Shown here piece after piece: positions 6,767 through 10,381 of a stretch of DNA of 10,381 nt (position 1 is its first letter; each line of letters starts with the position of its first letter). Origin of the DNA: Breznakia blatticola. Lineage in GTDB: Bacteria; Bacillota_I; Bacilli_A; Erysipelotrichales; Erysipelotrichaceae. The notes beneath the pieces are model-generated. The model made no database searches. It was given only the letters and a program-made list of their open reading frames with translations, and was not told where the DNA came from. The position numbers were made by a program, and so were the translations under genes. The stretch covers positions 1-10,381 of the forward strand of contig NZ_SODD01000060.1 of NCBI RefSeq assembly GCF_004365815.1, in the 5' to 3' direction.

Positions 6767-6859
6767 AATAGTATACTCTCCTTTTTCGAAATCTCGATAT
6801 TTGATTTTTAGCTATTCGAAATATATCTTTCCGTTAGCAAATATGCGCTAACTTTTGGT

Positions 6860-6888
6860 ATTATATTGCATTTTACTATAAAATGCAA
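6860..6888 (-). promoter_or_regulatory. Sigma-A-type promoter for the 333-aa gene: TTGCAT - 17 nt - TATAAT
   Basis: The minus strand reads TTGCAT (6888-6883), a 17-nt spacer, then TATAAT (6865-6860). The predicted TSS is near 6852, giving a leader of about 85 nt before ATG6766. Confidence 0.6.
6866..6888. repeat. Perfect 10-bp inverted repeat TTGCATTTTA-cta-TAAAATGCAA overlapping the -35 and spacer of the minus-strand promoter (candidate operator)
   Basis: The arms at 6866-6875 and 6879-6888 are exact reverse complements. A third TTGCAT at 6900-6905 places motif starts at 6866, 6883 and 6900, a 17-bp phasing. Confidence 0.6.
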
Positions 6889-6975
6889 ATCACTCACCTT
6901 TGCATAGGTTTTTACTTATGGTGTTATAACGATATGTATACGTGGAATTCGCAAGTATAAAACAGGCGCAAATAG

Positions 6976-7004
6976 TTGAAGTATTGACACAATTGGTATA
7001 TTAT
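6976..7004 (+). promoter_or_regulatory. Candidate sigma-A promoter for mnmG: TTGAAG - 17 nt - TATTAT
   Basis: TTGAAG at 6976-6981 and TATTAT at 6999-7004. An alternative reading is the extended -10 TGgTATATT at 6994-7002. The RBS GGAGG at 7021-7025 lies 7 nt before ATG7033. Confidence 0.4.
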
Positions 7005-7032
7005 AGGAAAGATTTCACAAGGAGGTGTAGAC

Positions 7033-8880
7033 ATGGTAGATATTATAGTTGTAGGTGGTGGACATGCAGGTGTTGAAGCTGCTTTAGCAAGTGCTAGAAT
7101 GCAAAAAGAAACCATCTTATTTACATTATCAAAAGAGAATATTGCGAAGATGCCATGTAACCCTTCTGTTGGTGGACCTGCAAAAGGAATCGTCGTTCGT
7201 GAGATTGATGCACTTGGAGGAGAAATGGGGAAAGCTGCTGATGCAACAGCGATCCAATTCAAAATGTTAAATACAAACAAAGGTCCAGGTGTTCGATGTC
7301 TTCGTGTGCAAAGCGATAAACTTGCCTATGGTCGTTACATGCAAGATAAAGTTTTACATCAAAAACATCTTACTGTACGAGAAGCGATGATTGAAACCTT
7401 ACTTACGAAAGATGGAAAAGCAATTGGGGTAAAACTTGCTGATGGAGAAGAAGTATATGCAAAAGTTGTAATACTAACAACAGGTACATACATGAGTGGA
7501 AAGATCTTGCTTGGACATAGCGCAACGCCTAGTGGTCCAGATCAAGAACCAACAACGAATGCTTTATCACAATCATTACGCGACTTAGGTTTACAAACGT
7601 TTCGTTTAAAAACAGGAACACCGGCACGTGTCAAAACAAATAGCATTGATTTTACAAAAACAGAACCACAACCAGGAACGGATGGATTTGTGGCATTTAG
7701 TTATGATACGAAAAAAATCTTAGATTTAGATAAACAGGTATTATGTTACTTAACGTATACAAGTCCATCTACACATGAGATTATCAATGGTAACTTAAAA
7801 GAGAGTGCGATGTATTCTGGGTTGGTAGAAGGTGTAGGGCCTAGATACTGTCCAAGTATTGAAGATAAACTTGTACGTTTCCATGATAAAGAACGTCATC
7901 AAATCTTTTTAGAGCCTGAAAGTTTAGAATTAGACACAACCTATGTACAAGGTTTTTCAACATCAATGCCTGAACATATTCAAGATTTGATGATTCATTC
8001 ACTTCCTGGACTTGAAGATGCAATTATTGATAAATATGGATATGCAATTGAATACGATGCAATTGATCCTTTACAAATGAAAGTAAGTTTAGAAAGCAAG
8101 ATTGTAGAAAACTTATTTACTGCTGGTCAAATCAATGGAACTAGTGGATATGAAGAAGCTGCAGGGCAAGGATTGATGGCTGCTATTAATGCAGTACGTA
8201 AACTTGATGGAAAAGAACCATTTGTTTTACGTCGTGATGAAGCATACCTTGGAGTATTAATAGATGATCTTGCCAATAAAGGAACAAAAGAACCATATCG
8301 CTTACTTACAAGTCGTGCAGAATATCGATTACTATTACGTCATGATAATGCAGATACACGTTTAAGTGGGTATGGACATGAGATTGGTTTACTTCCACGA
8401 GATCGATATGAACGTTTTATTTTGAAACAACAACACATCGTTGAATTAAAGCAATTATTAGAAGAAACGCGCTTTACACCAAAAAGTGAAGTAAATACAT
8501 ACTTAGTAGAAATTGGATACGATGCATTGCATGATGGAACTTCTGCATATGATTTACTTAAACGTCCAAAAGTGGAACTAGCTAGATTGTGTGAATATCT
8601 AGGGGTATCATATACGCCTGATGTACTTGAAGCGGTTGAAATTGAAGTAAAGTATGAAGGGTATATCGTAAAAGCAAAAAAAGAAGCAGAACGTATGCTT
8701 TCTATGGATAAATTAAAACTTCCAGTAGATATTGATTACCAACATGTGGATAATCTATCATTAGAAGCTAGACAAAAACTAGATCAAGTAAAACCGATTA
8801 CCGTTGGACAAGCAAGCCGAATTAGTGGGGTAAACCCAGCGGATATTGCAGTCTTAATGATCTATTTAAAAAAGAAATAG
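7033..8880 (+). CDS. mnmG: tRNA uridine-5-carboxymethylaminomethyl(34) synthesis enzyme MnmG (GidA)
   Basis: It has the N-terminal FAD motif DIIVVGGGHAGVEAA, followed by MPCNPSVGGPAKG, REIDALGG, LKTGTPAR, GPRYCPSIEDK, FFAGQINGT-like LFTAGQINGTSGYEEAAGQG, and the C-terminal YEGYI ... GQASRISGVNPADI. The length of 615 aa is normal for MnmG. Confidence 0.97.
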   Translation: MVDIIVVGGGHAGVEAALASARMQKETILFTLSKENIAKMPCNPSVGGPAKGIVVREIDALGGEMGKAADATAIQFKMLNTNKGPGVRCLRVQSDKLAYGRYMQDKVLHQKHLTVREAMIETLLTKDGKAIGVKLADGEEVYAKVVILTTGTYMSGKILLGHSATPSGPDQEPTTNALSQSLRDLGLQTFRLKTGTPARVKTNSIDFTKTEPQPGTDGFVAFSYDTKKILDLDKQVLCYLTYTSPSTHEIINGNLKESAMYSGLVEGVGPRYCPSIEDKLVRFHDKERHQIFLEPESLELDTTYVQGFSTSMPEHIQDLMIHSLPGLEDAIIDKYGYAIEYDAIDPLQMKVSLESKIVENLFTAGQINGTSGYEEAAGQGLMAAINAVRKLDGKEPFVLRRDEAYLGVLIDDLANKGTKEPYRLLTSRAEYRLLLRHDNADTRLSGYGHEIGLLPRDRYERFILKQQHIVELKQLLEETRFTPKSEVNTYLVEIGYDALHDGTSAYDLLKRPKVELARLCEYLGVSYTPDVLEAVEIEVKYEGYIVKAKKEAERMLSMDKLKLPVDIDYQHVDNLSLEARQKLDQVKPITVGQASRISGVNPADIAVLMIYLKKK

Positions 8881-8890
8881 AACGAATCAA

Positions 8891-8919
8891 GTAAACAAAA
8901 AAGGATGCATTGCATCCTT
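8891..8919 (-). terminator. Intrinsic terminator of ilvA, positioned between the convergent mnmG and ilvA
   Basis: An 8-bp stem AAGGATGC / GCATCCTT (8901-8908 / 8912-8919) with a 3-nt loop. The minus strand reads TAAGGATGCAATGCATCCTTTTTTGTTT, so the hairpin begins inside the ilvA stop codon (8918-8920) and is followed by a U-tract. On the plus strand no T-tract follows the hairpin. Confidence 0.7.
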
Positions 8920-10147
8920 ACGTACGTTCTTTAACGATTTCAAAGCCTTCCTTCATGAGGGCTTTTTTAATTTCTTCAATATGTTCGTGGTTTTTGGTTT
9001 CCATCGTAATTTTTAAGAAACAAGAGTTAATGTCCATTTCTGGATCTCCTGCATCATAATCGATAGCGACAACGTTTCCACCACAATCGCTAATGATTTT
9101 ACTAACACCTAATAATTGTCCAGGTTTATCAACAAGTGCAATTGTTAGCGCGGTTTTACGTCCACTCATGATGAGTCCGCGTGTAACAACTCTAGATAGA
9201 ATATTTACATCGATGTTTCCACCGCTAACAATACAAACCACGTTTTTGTGTTCCATTGGAATTTTACCAAACATTTCAGCAGCAACTGCAACTGCTCCAG
9301 CACCTTCTGAAAGTAGTTTTTGTTTTTCCAACATCATTAAGATAGCAGCAGCGATTTCATCATCACTAACAGTAATGATTTCATCTACATACTTCATTGT
9401 TAAATCATAGGTTAATTCACCAGCTCGCATAACTGCAATTCCATCGGCAAATGTGCTTACTTGGTCAAGTTCAATAATGCTATTTTGTTTACATGCTTCA
9501 TACATACATGCAGCACCAGCAGCTTGTACACCATACACTTTGATTTCAGGGCGTAAGGTTTTAATTGTGTAGGCAACACCACTAATAAGGCCACCGCCAC
9601 CAATAGGAACTACAACTGCATCGACATTATCCAATTGGTTTATAATTTCGAAACCAATTGTACCTTGTCCAGCAATAACATCTACATCATCAAATGGATG
9701 AATAAATGTATATCCATGTTCTTTATGTAAACGAACTGCTTCTTTGTATGCATCATCGTATGTACCTTTTACAAGTACAATTTGTGCACCAAAGCTTTTT
9801 GTTGCTTCTACTTTTGAAATAGGTGCGCTATCTGGCATACATATAATACAAGGAATGTTATTCTTTTGCGCTGCTAATGCAACTCCTTGTGCATGATTTC
9901 CTGCGCTACAAGCAATAATTCCTTTTGCTTTCTCAGCTTCTGAAAGTTTGCTAATCTTATAGTAAGATCCACGAACTTTAAAACTCCCCGTTAATTGTAA
10001 ATTCTCTGTTTTTAAAAACAGGTTATTTGGACTTGGAATATTTGTGGCAGCGATAACGTCAGTTTTACGAATCACATCATTCAGCACACGACGTGCATCT
10101 AATACCAAATCAATACTCAAAGATTTGTTTTCTTCATTGTTTGCCAT
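8918..10147 (-). CDS. ilvA: Threonine ammonia-lyase (threonine dehydratase), IlvA type with one C-terminal ACT-like regulatory domain
   Basis: The PLP-lysine motif is LTGSFKVRG (Lys codon complement at 9977-9979). The glycine loop is VPIGGGGLISG. The length of 409 aa, with a C-terminal ACT-like segment (LTIALVDKPGQLLGVSKIISDCGGNVVAIDYD), matches the short IlvA class rather than the 329-aa TdcB class. On the minus strand, RBS GGGGGTGG lies 7 nt before ATG10147. Confidence 0.93.
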   Translation of the reverse strand: MANNEENKSLSIDLVLDARRVLNDVIRKTDVIAATNIPSPNNLFLKTENLQLTGSFKVRGSYYKISKLSEAEKAKGIIACSAGNHAQGVALAAQKNNIPCIICMPDSAPISKVEATKSFGAQIVLVKGTYDDAYKEAVRLHKEHGYTFIHPFDDVDVIAGQGTIGFEIINQLDNVDAVVVPIGGGGLISGVAYTIKTLRPEIKVYGVQAAGAACMYEACKQNSIIELDQVSTFADGIAVMRAGELTYDLTMKYVDEIITVSDDEIAAAILMMLEKQKLLSEGAGAVAVAAEMFGKIPMEHKNVVCIVSGGNIDVNILSRVVTRGLIMSGRKTALTIALVDKPGQLLGVSKIISDCGGNVVAIDYDAGDPEMDINSCFLKITMETKNHEHIEEIKKALMKEGFEIVKERT

Positions 10148-10177
10148 ATTCTAGCCACCCCCTTATGTAATGCTACA

Positions 10178-10186
10178 ATTATACCA
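10178..10186 (-). promoter_or_regulatory. Candidate extended -10 promoter (TGgTATAAT) for ilvA
   Basis: The minus strand reads TGGTATAAT (plus-strand 10186-10178). The predicted leader is only about 25 nt, leaving no room for a T-box or attenuator. The -35 is weak. Confidence 0.5.
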
Positions 10187-10301
10187 TAAAGGTTATATAA
10201 AAAATTGAACAAATTGAATGAATTTGGAGGGATGTTCATAAAGTAAAATGCGAAATTCTATATTTGAATGAAATAAAAAATGAAGTTGTAAATTGTAAAA
10301 T

Positions 10302-10381
10302 TAACTTGAAGAAAAAACGGAAAACCAAGTGATAAAAAATCGGAATTGCAATTGATGAATTTTCGGAATTATAACTTGAAG
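10302..10381. repeat. Cluster of short direct repeats at the right window edge
   Basis: TAACTTGAAG occurs at 10302-10311 and 10372-10381. CGGAA occurs at 10318, 10341 and 10364, an exact 23-bp period, and TCGGAATT occurs at 10340-10347 and 10363-10370. Nearby are AAATTGAA x2 (10202-10209, 10211-10218) and TTGTAAA x2 in tandem (10286-10299). Confidence 0.4.

Noticed and set aside
6833-6852. GTTAGC-n8-GCTAAC hairpin at the predicted start of the 333-aa gene leader, plus two TTCGAAAT repeats (6786-6793, 6815-6822)
   Set aside because: A 6-bp stem with an 8-nt loop, and 8-mers in AT-rich DNA, are weak signals. No recognisable riboswitch or attenuator architecture is present.
6900-6959. Possible second mnmG promoter (TTGCAT 6900-6905 with TGtTATAAC 6922-6930) and an imperfect inverted repeat TATACGTG-gaattcg-CAAGTATA (6937-6959)
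   Set aside because: The promoter spacer would be 19 nt, which is too long. The inverted repeat has a mismatch and short AT-rich arms that arise easily by chance, so neither is supportable without TSS data.
6984-6989. Perfect TTGACA -35 hexamer upstream of mnmG
   Set aside because: No -10-like hexamer lies 16-18 nt downstream; 7006-7012 reads GGAAAGA. The TATATT/TATTAT block is only 7-9 nt away. The TTGAAG-17-TATTAT pairing is geometrically better.
1098-10147. Other short antisense ORFs in the track: 1098-1295, 2485-2688, 2534-2773, 2777-2986, 3663-3845, 4984-5202, 5488-5706, 5793-6008, 6265-6447, 6924-7280, 7841-8023 and 9093-9410
   Set aside because: Each is nested opposite a longer ORF with clear family motifs. 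None has a convincing RBS or recognisable motifs.
10226-10249. Plus-strand GGAGGG followed by ATG TTC ATA AAG TAA (a 4-codon mini-ORF)
   Set aside because: It is too short to evaluate and has no supporting context. It is probably a chance SD-like purine run.
10148-10381. T-box, attenuator or riboswitch leader upstream of ilvA, or an oriC-like region next to mnmG
   Set aside because: The best promoter (TGgTATAAT, 10178-10186) leaves a leader of only about 25 nt. No specifier or T-box sequence was seen, and no terminator/antiterminator pair. No TTATCCACA-like DnaA boxes were found on either strand.

Overview
AT-rich chromosomal window that looks like a low-GC Bacillota (Firmicutes) genome; this is inferred from SD-type RBSs, sigma-A-like promoters and gene content, with no database search run. 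About ten genes are present. No rRNA, tRNA, CRISPR array, transposase or integrase was recognised. Left half (1-4445) is one tightly packed lactose/cellobiose-family PTS operon. It holds a PRD-type regulator (PRD1-PRD2-EIIB-EIIA) whose N-terminal part is cut off by an in-frame TGA at 52-54 near the window edge. This is followed by EIIA, an EIIC split by a frameshift at about 1986, an ADP-ribosylglycohydrolase (DraG/ARH-fold) enzyme, and EIIB, closed by an intrinsic terminator. The ARH enzyme sits where a 6-phospho-beta-glycosidase would normally be. Next come a YitT-family membrane protein gene butted against that terminator and a monocistronic 84-aa ACT-like protein with a bidirectional terminator. 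A minus-strand 333-aa orphan protein follows, with a basic N-terminus, one hydrophobic segment, a coiled coil and a C-terminal DPBB/3D-like domain. Its near-consensus promoter is overlaid by a 10+10 bp palindrome. The right part holds mnmG (+) convergent with a single-ACT ilvA-type threonine dehydratase (-). The window ends in a repeat-rich non-coding stretch. The most interesting item is the PTS operon whose only enzyme is an ARH-fold hydrolase, although the operon carries two apparent lesions. The orphan 333-aa envelope protein is second.
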